Shown here one piece after another: positions 55,435 through 64,000 of a DNA stretch of 64,000 nucleotides. Made by a program: the position numbers and the translations under genes. This DNA comes from an archaeon. Its GTDB lineage: Archaea; B1Sed10-29; WALL01. Position 1 is the first letter of the stretch. Each line of letters opens with the position of its first letter. The stretch spans positions 1-64,000 of the forward strand of contig JBHOSQ010000004.1 of assembly GCA_042584585.1 (NCBI GenBank), written 5' to 3'. Under the pieces are notes generated by a model. That model saw only the letters and a list, made by a program, of their open reading frames with translations, did not search any database and was not told the origin of the DNA.

Positions 55435-56119
55435 CCGAGTAGCGGTTTTTTCCGGTCTCCTTGTTCACGCCACGTAGGGTGTACGATTCCTTGACTACCG
55501 GGCGGTATGTCGCCTGCAGGTGCTGTAGCGAGATTTTCGCGGCGCGCTTTGAGCCGAAGTAGATGTCGATGCCGTTCTTGACCAGTTCGTACCTGAAGAT
55601 TTCTGCCTTGCGGTCTTTTTTCACGAGCGCGTGCGCCTCGTTCCGCAGGAAAATCAGCGCGGTCTTCAGGCGGTTCAGGTCCACCACCTTTTCCTTGGGC
55701 CGGAGCTGGATTATTGCCTCGTAATAGTCCCCGCTCTTGCGCGAGCAGACTTCGCATATTTGCTTGGCGTACTTCACGGTGAATGGCTTTGTTATCGTGA
55801 CTTCTTCGCCGCCGAGCGTGCCCTTGACCGTAACGTCGTACACTTCTGCCGTCTGGGACTGTTCTGCGCGCTCGACTGATATTTCTGCGTCGTCGAGCAA
55901 GGTCTTGACGTGCGAGCGGACTATCTCTTTCATGGACGCTGAGCCGCCGCTTTCCCACTCGCCCCTTGACTTTACGCGGAGGCAGCGCTGGCACCGCTTG
56001 ATTGCCATGCCCTCTATTTCGACAAGGCCAGGGTGGTCGGCAAGAAAACAGTCGATGCAAAATCCCTTGTAGAACGACTTGCTGGTCTCGCCGCACTTGG
56101 GGCAGAACCTATCCTTCAC
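55412..56119 (-). CDS. Nmd3 family ribosome-export adaptor homolog
   Basis: FCPKCG, CIDC, CQRC, CEVCSR.SG.YYEAIIQLR; GTG start overlaps the upstream stop. Confidence 0.88.
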   Translation of the reverse strand: MKDRFCPKCGETSKSFYKGFCIDCFLADHPGLVEIEGMAIKRCQRCLRVKSRGEWESGGSASMKEIVRSHVKTLLDDAEISVERAEQSQTAEVYDVTVKGTLGGEEVTITKPFTVKYAKQICEVCSRKSGDYYEAIIQLRPKEKVVDLNRLKTALIFLRNEAHALVKKDRKAEIFRYELVKNGIDIYFGSKRAAKISLQHLQATYRPVVKESYTLRGVNKETGKNRYSVTYSVRL

Positions 56120-57399
56120 AAGTAGTCCTCCAGCTTGTACTTCTCGCCGAGTCTCGGCGCGAAGGCGTAGCAACCGAGCTCGTCCTCGGCCCACTGCCTA
56201 AGGGCATCGCACTGCTCTTCTTCGCCGTGATTAACGAACACTGCGGACGGGTCCATGGACTTCAACATTTTGTGCAGGCCACTCACTCCGGAGTGCGCGG
56301 AAAAGTCAAAGTGCCTCACGTCAAGGTTCGGGACGTTGGTGACCCTGTCGTCGGCCTCGAGCCTGTGCTCGTTCAACAGCTTGTTGCCTGGCGTGCCAGG
56401 CACCTGGAACCCGGTGAAGAAGACAGCGGACTTGCTGAGGTCTTTTATGTCCTGGACGTAGCGCACCGCCGGGCCACCCGAAAGCATGCCCGCGGTCGAG
56501 ACGACGACGGACGGCTCGTTGAACACTGTGTTTCGCTGGGGCGGCGCGACAATCCAATTCGCCCACTTCATTGCCTCGTAAAACTCTTCGTAGTCCCTGA
56601 TTAGCTCAGGGAAGTCAAGATAAATTTCGGTGACCGCGCGTGACATGCCGTCCATGTAGACGGGGACCTCGAGCCGGTGCGCGTAAAGCATGGTGATTAT
56701 TTCCTGGGTGCGGCCGACCGCAAAGCACGGCAGGAGCACTGAGCCGCCGGCTTCGGTGACCTCGCGAATGGAGGCGATGAATTCTTTCTCGAGCTGCTTG
56801 CGTGGGGGGTGGTCACTCATTCCGTACGTCGCCTCGACGATGACGGCGTCCGCCTTCTTCGGGTACTGGGCGGGCGAGTGGAGGTGGGTTTCTTCGGACT
56901 TGACGTCGCCGGAATAGACAATGGTTTTTCCTTCCGCCTCGGCCTCGACTATGGAGGCGCCGAGTATGTGGCCCGCGTCGTGCATCTTGACGGACAGGTC
57001 GGAAGTCACGGTGTAGTCCTTGCCGTAGCTGAGCCCGTCCGTGTTGCGGAGCATCCGCTTGAGCTGGGCCTTGGTGAAGCATTGGGTCCGGTTGAGCCTC
57101 GCGATTTTTAGGGAGTCGTTGAGCAGCAGCTGGGTGATTGGCACGGTTGCCGTGTGCGTGAGGACGCGGGGCTCCCCGGCCTGGAAGAGGTACGGGACTC
57201 CACCGCTGTGGTCGAGGTGCGCGTGCGAAAGCACTACCGCGTCGAGGAAGCCATGGACCGGCAGCGGGAACTGCGGCTGGCTGTTCCTGTCCTCTGCCAT
57301 TTTCATTCCGTAGTCAAAAACTACTTTGCTTTTCTTTGTTTCGAGGAGTGCCGCACTCCTCCCGACTTCGCGCGCGGCGCCCAAAAAAGACAGTTGCAT
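56116..57399 (-). CDS. Beta-CASP metallo-beta-lactamase ribonuclease (no KH domains)
   Basis: LGAAREVGRSA, SHAHLDHSG, AGHILGA, EATYG, FSAHS, NHGE. Confidence 0.9.
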   Translation of the reverse strand: MQLSFLGAAREVGRSAALLETKKSKVVFDYGMKMAEDRNSQPQFPLPVHGFLDAVVLSHAHLDHSGGVPYLFQAGEPRVLTHTATVPITQLLLNDSLKIARLNRTQCFTKAQLKRMLRNTDGLSYGKDYTVTSDLSVKMHDAGHILGASIVEAEAEGKTIVYSGDVKSEETHLHSPAQYPKKADAVIVEATYGMSDHPPRKQLEKEFIASIREVTEAGGSVLLPCFAVGRTQEIITMLYAHRLEVPVYMDGMSRAVTEIYLDFPELIRDYEEFYEAMKWANWIVAPPQRNTVFNEPSVVVSTAGMLSGGPAVRYVQDIKDLSKSAVFFTGFQVPGTPGNKLLNEHRLEADDRVTNVPNLDVRHFDFSAHSGVSGLHKMLKSMDPSAVFVNHGEEEQCDALRQWAEDELGCYAFAPRLGEKYKLEDYL

Positions 57400-57438
57400 C
57401 GCGCTAGTTAAACCCAAGAAGCTTTATAAAGATACGGT

Positions 57439-58083
57439 GTGTCTTACGGAACAATGCTCTCAATGCGCGATGGGTTCAGGCTCTTGGACAAGTACGGAAT
57501 TCCCACCGCACGGTTTGCGGTCGCAAAAAACGCTGACTCTGCGGCAAAGGCTGCGAAAAAAATCGGGTACCCTGTTGCCATCAAGGTCGACTCGCCGGAC
57601 ATAGTGCACAAGACTGACAGGGGCGTTGTTGCCTCCGGCATCACGAACGAAAAAGAGCTGCGCGCGGCCGTCAAGAGAGTGATGAAGCGCGCGGGAAAGG
57701 CCAAAGCCAAATCAATAATCGTCCAGGAGCATTGCTCGGGAAAAGAAGTGATTATCGGCGGGGCCACGGACCCCCAGTTCGGGGACGTTGTGCTGTTCGG
57801 GCTCGGCGGGATTTTTGTCGAGGTGCTCAAGGACTTTTCAATCAGGGTCACACCAATCACCAAGATGGATGCGGAGGCAATGGTGGAAGAGCTCCGTGGC
57901 TATCCATTGCTCGCGGGCGTGAGAGGTGAAGAGCCCGTGGACATTCCGACCATCGTCTCAACGATTGTCAAGGTATCGAGGATGCTCGAGAACGAGCCGA
58001 AGATAAAGGAGCTGGACATCAACCCCTTGTTCGTTGACGCCAAAGGCGTAAGGGCCGCGGACGTGAGGGTGATTACTTGCTAA
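57439..58083 (+). CDS. ADP-forming acetate-CoA ligase beta subunit (ATP-grasp)
   Basis: GYPVAIK..SPDIVHKTD.G, DPQFG, GLGGIFVE, ELDINP. Confidence 0.9.
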   Translation: MSYGTMLSMRDGFRLLDKYGIPTARFAVAKNADSAAKAAKKIGYPVAIKVDSPDIVHKTDRGVVASGITNEKELRAAVKRVMKRAGKAKAKSIIVQEHCSGKEVIIGGATDPQFGDVVLFGLGGIFVEVLKDFSIRVTPITKMDAEAMVEELRGYPLLAGVRGEEPVDIPTIVSTIVKVSRMLENEPKIKELDINPLFVDAKGVRAADVRVITC

Positions 58084-59450
58084 AGCATGTGTTCAACCCG
58101 GGCAGCATCGCAATGGTCGGAGCCTCGGCCACGCCAGGCAAAATCGGGCATGTGATTCTCCAGGGAATAATCAAGGGCTTCGATGGCCCGATTTATCCGG
58201 TCAACCCGCACGAAAAAGAAATTCTTGGGCTGCAGTGCCACCCGAACGTAAGCGCAATCCCGAAAAAGGTTGGGCTCGCCGTAATCGCGGTGCCGGCAAA
58301 GCTTGTCCCCCAGGTCATGGCGGACTGCGGCAAGAAGGGCGTCAAGGCAGCGATAATAATCTCGGGCGGGTTCAGTGAGGTCGGCAAATCCGAGCTCGAG
58401 GAAAAAGTGCGGCGCATCGCGGACAAGCACGGGATATCTGTCATCGGGCCGAACTGCCTCGGCGTTTTCGACTCCGTGACCAAGGTGGACACATTGTTCA
58501 ACCCGCGCTACAAAATGGAGAGGCCGAGGCCGGGCGGGATTTCATTCATCACGCAGTCGGGCGCGGTCGGCGCGGTGGTTATGGACTGGGCCGGCGCGGA
58601 AGGGTTCGGCGTGAGCAAGTTCATTTCGTACGGCAACGCACTCAACATTGATGAGGTCGACTTGCTGGACTACCTCGGCAAGGACGATGCCACAAAAGTA
58701 ATCTGCATGTACCTCGAAGGCACCAAGCGGGGGAAGGAGTTCATCAAGGCCGCGAAGCGCGTCAGCGCCAAAAAGCCGATTGTTGGGATAAAGGCGGGAA
58801 AGACCGAGGCGGGCGCCAAGGCAGTGGCGTCACACACCGGCTCGCTCGCCGGCTCCGCCAAGGTGTGGAAGGCCGCGTTCAGCCAGGCGGGAGTTGTCGA
58901 GGCGGAAGGAATCGCCGAGATGTTCAACTACGCGCGTGTGTTCGCGGAACAGCCCCTCCCGAAGGGGGACCGCGTCGGCATCATCACGAACGGCGGTGGG
59001 TTTGGCGTGCTTGCGACGGACGCGTGCATAAGCAACGGGCTCAGGGTGGACCCGCTGTCGAAGGCTACTGCGCAAGCCATTCGGAAGCGCGTGCCGGATT
59101 ACGCGGTGGTGAAGAACCCGGTGGACTTGGTTGGTGACGCCGACTTCCACAGGTACGAGGCGGCGCTCGACGCCATGATGAATGACAAGAGCATCGACTC
59201 GATACTCTGCATTATTCTGTTCCAGACCGCGGACATAAACTCAAACGTGATAAGCGTAATCGCGGAAGCAAGCGACAAACAAAAAAAGCCGGTAATTTGT
59301 TGTGCCGCGGGTGGCGCGTACTCGCAGCTGCACAGCCAATTGCTTGAGGAGGCGGGCGTCCCGACGTTCAGCAGCCTGCGTGCCGCGGCCGACACTTTGG
59401 CTGCAATAACTTATTACGACGAGTTCAAGGAGTCTATTCTTCGAAAATGA
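58077..59450 (+). CDS. ADP-forming acetate-CoA ligase alpha subunit
   Basis: VGAS..PGKIG, IGPNCLG, QSGA, SHTGSLAG, NPVDLVGDA. Confidence 0.92.
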   Translation: MLKHVFNPGSIAMVGASATPGKIGHVILQGIIKGFDGPIYPVNPHEKEILGLQCHPNVSAIPKKVGLAVIAVPAKLVPQVMADCGKKGVKAAIIISGGFSEVGKSELEEKVRRIADKHGISVIGPNCLGVFDSVTKVDTLFNPRYKMERPRPGGISFITQSGAVGAVVMDWAGAEGFGVSKFISYGNALNIDEVDLLDYLGKDDATKVICMYLEGTKRGKEFIKAAKRVSAKKPIVGIKAGKTEAGAKAVASHTGSLAGSAKVWKAAFSQAGVVEAEGIAEMFNYARVFAEQPLPKGDRVGIITNGGGFGVLATDACISNGLRVDPLSKATAQAIRKRVPDYAVVKNPVDLVGDADFHRYEAALDAMMNDKSIDSILCIILFQTADINSNVISVIAEASDKQKKPVICCAAGGAYSQLHSQLLEEAGVPTFSSLRAAADTLAAITYYDEFKESILRK

Positions 59451-60612
59451 GGCGGCGGGCCTCGGTTTCTTTTCCCTCGACCAGCAGCGGCAGCAGCTCA
59501 TTGGCTTTCGGTCCGGAGTATCCCGCCTGCTCAAGGTTCTTGTCGAGTATTGACAGGCCGATTTCGTCAATGCTTTTTTTTGCCTGTGCCTGGCGGAGCA
59601 GCTCTATTTTTTTCCTGAACTGTTCTGCCTCGGCTGTGCTGTCAACGCTTATTATCAAGTCGCCGAAGCCACGCGTGATGTCACGGGTGTTGATGGAAGA
59701 GCCCGGTGGCAAAGAGCCGGTGATTTTCAGCTTGATGAGCGGCTTTGGGTTGTGCGGTTCCACGTTTTCAAGCAGCTGCCTGGCCTTGGAAATTGTGTCC
59801 GATGCTGTGCCGCTTGCTTCGACGTCGAAGCAGTGCAGCGGGCGCGGGGTCTCAAGCTTTTCTGAAGAAAGGGCTTTTGTTGCGGTGTCGTAGAACCAGA
59901 CGTGCTTCGGCTGCTCTGCCTCGGCCTTGCGCATTTGGGTGATTATGGTGCTGCCGGGGTGGAGTAGGATTTTGCCGTCTTTTTCCTTGACGTCGCTCGT
60001 GTGCACGTGGCCGTTTACGTATAGGTCGAATCCGGGAGGGAGATTATCCATTGACAAAAACGCTGCGTCCTCGTAGATGTATTCCCTGAAGCTCTGGTGC
60101 AGCATAAGGATGTTCACTGCGCCTGCAATTGGTGTAAAGCTGCACTCCTGGAGCGCGGAGGGCGCGTACTGTTCCGGCACGCCACCCATGCCATGGATGG
60201 CCACCGCTTCGTTGCCTTTCGAAAGGATTACTGCGTCGTTGTGGACGTGGATGCAGACACCAGCCCCGTCCATGAGCTCGATTGGGTTGGTGAGCCCGCG
60301 GGCGCGCCTCTCGTGCGTTCCGTGGATTGCTACGATTGGTGTGCCAACGCCGACGGCGAGGTCTTTTCCCGAGCGAAACGCGGTGACTGCCGCGCCACTG
60401 TGCGACGCGCGGGCGATTCCCAGCACGCGCATGGCCTGGTCCATGACTTCCGGCTTGGGGACGCGGGAGTCGAAGACGTCTCCAGGCAGAAGGATTACGT
60501 CAGCGTCGAGGCACTTGGCAAGGGCTTCCCGGCCCTGGACAAAGCTGTCATCCTCGCGCTCGGTGCCCCATGCATACCCGAAGTGCAGGTCGCTGGCGAT
60601 AGCTATCTTCAT
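59434..60612 (-). CDS. mre11: Mre11 nuclease
   Basis: SDLHFG, PGDVFD, IHGTHE, LMLHQ, GHVH, PGS. Confidence 0.85.
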   Translation of the reverse strand: MKIAIASDLHFGYAWGTEREDDSFVQGREALAKCLDADVILLPGDVFDSRVPKPEVMDQAMRVLGIARASHSGAAVTAFRSGKDLAVGVGTPIVAIHGTHERRARGLTNPIELMDGAGVCIHVHNDAVILSKGNEAVAIHGMGGVPEQYAPSALQECSFTPIAGAVNILMLHQSFREYIYEDAAFLSMDNLPPGFDLYVNGHVHTSDVKEKDGKILLHPGSTIITQMRKAEAEQPKHVWFYDTATKALSSEKLETPRPLHCFDVEASGTASDTISKARQLLENVEPHNPKPLIKLKITGSLPPGSSINTRDITRGFGDLIISVDSTAEAEQFRKKIELLRQAQAKKSIDEIGLSILDKNLEQAGYSGPKANELLPLLVEGKETEARRLIFEE

Positions 60613-60638
60613 TGGTAGTGTTAAGGCAAGAAAGAGTA

Positions 60639-61610
60639 TTAAAGGGTTTTGATGAATTTCCGTGTCTTGGAAACGCATATGGCAAGCGCTTCGTCAAGGG
60701 CTTCTGGGTTTACTCCGTTTGCGCCGGCCGCCCCTGCATGCCCCCCGGCGTCGCCGCCGATTAGCTCGGCGATTGCGGGAAGGATGTCCCGCCCCAAGTG
60801 AAGGCCTTTTCCGACTAGGTCATTTGTCGCCCTTGCGCTTATGCGGGCCTCGCCGTCCTTGGCCGCGGCGACGAACGATACGTCCGCGCCGATGCGGATT
60901 AACGAGCGTGCCACACTGCCCTCGAACGAGCTGACTTTGCTGGTGACGATTAAATGGCTGTCCTCACGCGTGACTTCCAGGCGCTGCGCGCCCTTGAGCC
61001 GCGCTATTTTTTCCGGCTGCTCGCGCGGGGCCGCGATGAGCTTCAGCACTTCCTGGAACGATGTTTTGGTTTCGGTGAGCGACTCGGAAAGCACGTGAAA
61101 GGCTCGGGGTGTCGCTGCGATGAAGTTCGCGGAGTCGGTGACTATGCCTGCGCACACGGCGAGGGCTATCTCTTTGGTGATGGGCTCGCCCATCCCATGG
61201 AGGAGCGAGTAAACGATTTGTGTGCCAGAGACCGCGGACTCGTCGACTATGCACTCGTCGAATTCTTTCATGACCTCTGGTTTTGGGGAGTGGTGGTCTA
61301 TCAGCAGCTTTTTGCCGTTCGCTGCCTTCACTGAGTCTAGGTCGAAGAGGGTGGGGGAGTTGGTGTCAAGGACAATTATGCAGTCCACAGAAAAATCTGG
61401 GTCCTTGACCTCCAGTCCAAAACGGCCCGCAAACTCTGCGATTTGCCCGTTGACTGCGCCGGCGGCAGAAATAGTTGTTTGTTTGCCTTTGCTCTTCAGC
61501 GCGAGGGCGAGCGCGACTGCTGACGCGATGCTGTCTATATCAGGGGAGCGATGCGCCAGCAAGAGAAAGGAGTTGGATTCCTCGATGATGGCGGCTGCTT
61601 TTTCACTCAT
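60639..61610 (-). CDS. DHH/DHHA1 phosphoesterase
   Basis: HRSPDIDS, VLDT, IDHH, GIVTDS, GGHAGAAG. Confidence 0.9.
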   Translation of the reverse strand: MSEKAAAIIEESNSFLLLAHRSPDIDSIASAVALALALKSKGKQTTISAAGAVNGQIAEFAGRFGLEVKDPDFSVDCIIVLDTNSPTLFDLDSVKAANGKKLLIDHHSPKPEVMKEFDECIVDESAVSGTQIVYSLLHGMGEPITKEIALAVCAGIVTDSANFIAATPRAFHVLSESLTETKTSFQEVLKLIAAPREQPEKIARLKGAQRLEVTREDSHLIVTSKVSSFEGSVARSLIRIGADVSFVAAAKDGEARISARATNDLVGKGLHLGRDILPAIAELIGGDAGGHAGAAGANGVNPEALDEALAICVSKTRKFIKTL

Positions 61611-61926
61611 CCTTTTCAGACTCGCGAAGCTTCTTCTGTAGCTCCTCGAGGCGCTTCTTGATCTTTTCTTCTTGTGGGCCGAGCTTCTCGAGGCCTTCTT
61701 CTGCCTCTTTTTTCTGGTCATCGAGGCGCTTTTTGACGTCATCCTTGGTGCTCTCGATGAGCACGGCGCCGGTGGCAAAGTAGACCTTGCCCTTGGCTGC
61801 GTCAAGCTCTTTGAGAGTGTTCTGGATTTCTGCGTTCCTTGCCTCGAGGGACTGTTTCTGCATCACTACCATTTGGTACTGCTGGCTGTAAGCCCGGAAT
61901 TCCTGCATTTCTTCTTCGGTTGGCAT
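61603..61926 (-). CDS. pfdB: Prefoldin beta subunit
   Basis: Coiled coil-hairpin (VYFATGAVLIE)-coiled coil; superoperon position. Confidence 0.88.
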   Translation of the reverse strand: MPTEEEMQEFRAYSQQYQMVVMQKQSLEARNAEIQNTLKELDAAKGKVYFATGAVLIESTKDDVKKRLDDQKKEAEEGLEKLGPQEEKIKKRLEELQKKLRESEKDE

Positions 61927-61933
61927 TCTTTGT

Positions 61934-62155
61934 TCACCTCATTATTGACAGGCACGCGTCCAACAGCCGAAGGCTGCTGTTCGCAGACGCGCGTAGCGCG
62001 ACTTTGTCGCTGCCGTGAATGTCTATTCTGATTTTTCCGTTGGTTGCCTCGGAGGAAAACGTCCCCCGCTTTGGCTTGGAGTCTGCGGTGAGTGCTTTTG
62101 CGATGGCGTCAGCCTTTTTTTGGTCGGCGACGTCCACCTCGATTTCTAGGTTCAT
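61934..62155 (-). CDS. pcc1: KEOPS complex subunit Pcc1
   Basis: D..ALRASANS.LRL motif, size and synteny. Confidence 0.82.
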   Translation of the reverse strand: MNLEIEVDVADQKKADAIAKALTADSKPKRGTFSSEATNGKIRIDIHGSDKVALRASANSSLRLLDACLSIMR

Positions 62156-62609
62156 GCTTTTCTGTCCTTATTGAAAGCCGCGGCCCGACTTCTTCCCCGT
62201 TTTGGAGGAAGGTGACCGCGTCTTTTTTTGCGGTGAGCATTGTGTCGCTTTCCTCGGCCTCGACGCCGAGTAATTTGGCGAACCCGATTTCGTCGTCAAG
62301 CCGTAGCGCGTCCGGCTTTTTGCATCGGCCGAAGTCCCGCGCGAGCTTCACGGACTTCAAGGGGATTTGTTTCCCCCATTCCCAGCCGGCGTCGTCTACG
62401 CTTAGGAAGCGTATGGACGCTGGGTTGCCGTGCATCTCCGTGATGACTGCCACGATGGGAAAGCCCATTTGGCGGGCTTTTTCAGCGACTTCGTCGACTG
62501 ATTGCTTGCCCCTCGCCATGGCGTCTGAGCCGGGAACCATTCGCACGAGTTCTTTCACGAGCGAACGGACCCTTGCGCAGGGCTTGCGTGAAGTCGTGAA
62601 CAGTGGCAT
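62109..62609 (-). CDS. Brix/Imp4-domain ribosome biogenesis protein
   Basis: TTSRKP..R.RS, RGK.S, HGNP, GPRL. Confidence 0.82.
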   Translation of the reverse strand: MPLFTTSRKPCARVRSLVKELVRMVPGSDAMARGKQSVDEVAEKARQMGFPIVAVITEMHGNPASIRFLSVDDAGWEWGKQIPLKSVKLARDFGRCKKPDALRLDDEIGFAKLLGVEAEESDTMLTAKKDAVTFLQNGEEVGPRLSIRTEKHEPRNRGGRRRPKKG

Positions 62610-62738
62610 TTAATCTGCCTGCACTTGCTTCGCGAGTGGGGGGCGCTCCTTGGTTATAATCTTGTGGCCGCAGTAGGGGCACGTGACAAACTTTTCGATG
62701 TCGTCAATCTTTTTTCCGCAGTTCTGGCAGTTGTACAC
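62610..62738 (-). CDS. rpoP: RNA polymerase subunit Rpo12 (P), 42 aa, not in ORF track
   Basis: Manual translation MYNCQNCGKKIDDIEKFVTCPYCGHKIITKERPPLAKQVQAD. Confidence 0.92.
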   Translation of the reverse strand: MYNCQNCGKKIDDIEKFVTCPYCGHKIITKERPPLAKQVQAD

Positions 62739-63260
62739 TTACTTCGCCTCCTCTTCTTCGACTGGAGCATCTTCTTTCCCAGAAGAACTAGAGGGGTCGC
62801 CAGTTGGCGACCCCTCTGTTGGAGTGTCCTGCTCTTCGGCTGGAGATTCTTCTGCTGCTTCAGCCTTTGGCGCCTTTGCCTTCTTTGCTTTCTTCGGCTT
62901 CTTCGATGCGGGCTTTGCCTTGGCTTTTTCCTTTTCTTCGTCTGCCTTGTCCTCTACATCGATTGCGGCGATGAGTTCTTCCTTGGTCGCGCCCTGGACC
63001 GCCCTCAGGCTGATTTTGCCGAGCCCGGTCTGTGGGACGTAAGCGCCGCCTGCCAGTTTAGTCTTGCACTTCGTGCACTGCCAGATGCCGTTGGAAACCC
63101 GCTTGAGCGAAAGCTTCCCGCACTGGGGGCAGTCGTGCTTGGCTTTGGACTTTACCTCTACCTTGCGCACGTTTTCACGGATTTTTCTTCCGTATCGTGA
63201 GCCGAACCTTCCGGCGACCCCGACTTTCTTCGTTTTCTTAGACTTTTTCTTTTGAACCAC
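62739..63260 (-). CDS. rpl37ae: 50S ribosomal protein L37Ae (eL43) with long charged C-terminal extension
   Basis: KKVG.AGRFG.RYG, CPQC, GIWQCTKC, AGGAY.P. Confidence 0.95.
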   Translation of the reverse strand: MVQKKKSKKTKKVGVAGRFGSRYGRKIRENVRKVEVKSKAKHDCPQCGKLSLKRVSNGIWQCTKCKTKLAGGAYVPQTGLGKISLRAVQGATKEELIAAIDVEDKADEEKEKAKAKPASKKPKKAKKAKAPKAEAAEESPAEEQDTPTEGSPTGDPSSSSGKEDAPVEEEEAK

Positions 63261-63270
63261 TTAAACCGCC

Positions 63271-64000
63271 TCACAACAGTTTTCTTAGTTCTTTCCCTTT
63301 CTTGAAGGAGAGGTCAATCAAGTCGTCGACTTCCTTCAGTGTGAAGGCACCTGTGCCACCCTTTTGCATGGCGCAGATGGTCTTGTCGAGGGTTGAAACC
63401 GTGAGCCTGGCGTCAAGCGCCATCTCTTCCGCAAGAGTTGGGTCAAGCATAATCGAGTCGCCGATTTTCACGGACGTGCACTCGATTGGCTTCTTGGTGA
63501 CGGGCAGCTTGCCCGCGGTTTCCTCGCGGATTACTTTGCCGTCCTCGTACTTCGGCATCTTCGCGTCAAGCAGCGCGGAAATCGCTGCCAGCGAGAACGC
63601 GTCGAACAGGTTGCCGTCGTAGTCAAGCGCGTGAAGGTCAACGATGACCATCCACACTGCCTCTTCCGGCGTGATACAAAGCTTCTCGAAGTCAATTGTC
63701 CCCGACTCGCGGATTCCGCGGTCGACAACCCTTGCGAGCTCGACTGCGTTCGGCCGCGGGGGGCCTGACTCGAAGAGTGGCGACGCCATGGGCGTCAATT
63801 CCACGCTGGTCATCAGTGTTCCGGCAGCGGGCTTGTCAGGGTACGGAGTGCCCATTACCAGGCTTACGCCTGCAAGCACCTTGGTGTCCCCGATTGTGAC
63901 TAGCGCCGAGCCCGGTGAGTTGGGCACGTAGTTCTTCTCGAGCTTGATTTTGCGGTACTCGTCGTTCTTGCGCTTGTCTTCACGCACGCCCTTCTTCGCG
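63271..64000 (-). CDS. rrp42: Exosome subunit Rrp42 (5'-partial)
   Basis: GSALVTIGDTKV, PYPDKP, ELARVVDRGIRES, DYDGNLFDA, MQKGG. Confidence 0.94.
   Translation of the reverse strand, partial: AKKGVREDKRKNDEYRKIKLEKNYVPNSPGSALVTIGDTKVLAGVSLVMGTPYPDKPAAGTLMTSVELTPMASPLFESGPPRPNAVELARVVDRGIRESGTIDFEKLCITPEEAVWMVIVDLHALDYDGNLFDAFSLAAISALLDAKMPKYEDGKVIREETAGKLPVTKKPIECTSVKIGDSIMLDPTLAEEMALDARLTVSTLDKTICAMQKGGTGAFTLKEVDDLIDLSFKKGKELRKLL

Noticed and set aside
61611-61805. N-terminal extension of the DHH ORF (also those of the nmd3 and mre11 ORFs)
   Set aside because: The extensions overlap upstream genes; downstream starts coupled to the preceding stops fit better.

Overview
This 64-kb window is archaeal chromosomal DNA. 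The gene set (AMP phosphorylase plus ribose-1,5-bisphosphate isomerase, four-subunit 2-oxoacid:ferredoxin oxidoreductase, ADP-forming acetate-CoA ligase, short TsaC, giant N-glycosylated surface proteins) is compatible with a DPANN-type lineage; that placement is inference. Core genes: endA, smc, ftsZ-secE-spt5-rpl11-rpl1-rpl10-rpl12, porGDAB, trmJ, a DRG GTPase, HemK2, the HMG-CoA synthase/thiolase/DUF35 cluster, nmd3, a beta-CASP nuclease, mre11, and the rrp42-rpl37ae-rpo12-brix-pcc1-pfdB exosome superoperon. About 17 kb encode two giant surface proteins of 2432 and 3151 aa. Best leads: (1) Two adjacent intron-containing tRNAs, Trp(CCA) and Arg(CCU), whose introns share one box C'/D' K-turn cassette; the Arg intron looks like a complete C/D guide RNA with non-self, unknown targets. 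(2) A doubly anchored 3151-aa Ig-repeat protein with a pro-subtilisin inserted inside one Ig repeat. (3) A recurrent TG[LF] juxtamembrane motif on four surface proteins. (4) A 27-bp inverted operator-like repeat just downstream of both TATA boxes between trmB and the giant adhesin gene. (5) A permuted L1-binding hairpin over the rpl1 ribosome-binding site. (6) A structured, repeat-flanked AT-rich intergenic region at 12.45-12.85 kb. No CRISPR array, rRNA, transposase or integrase was seen. All calls are by eye; no searches were run.
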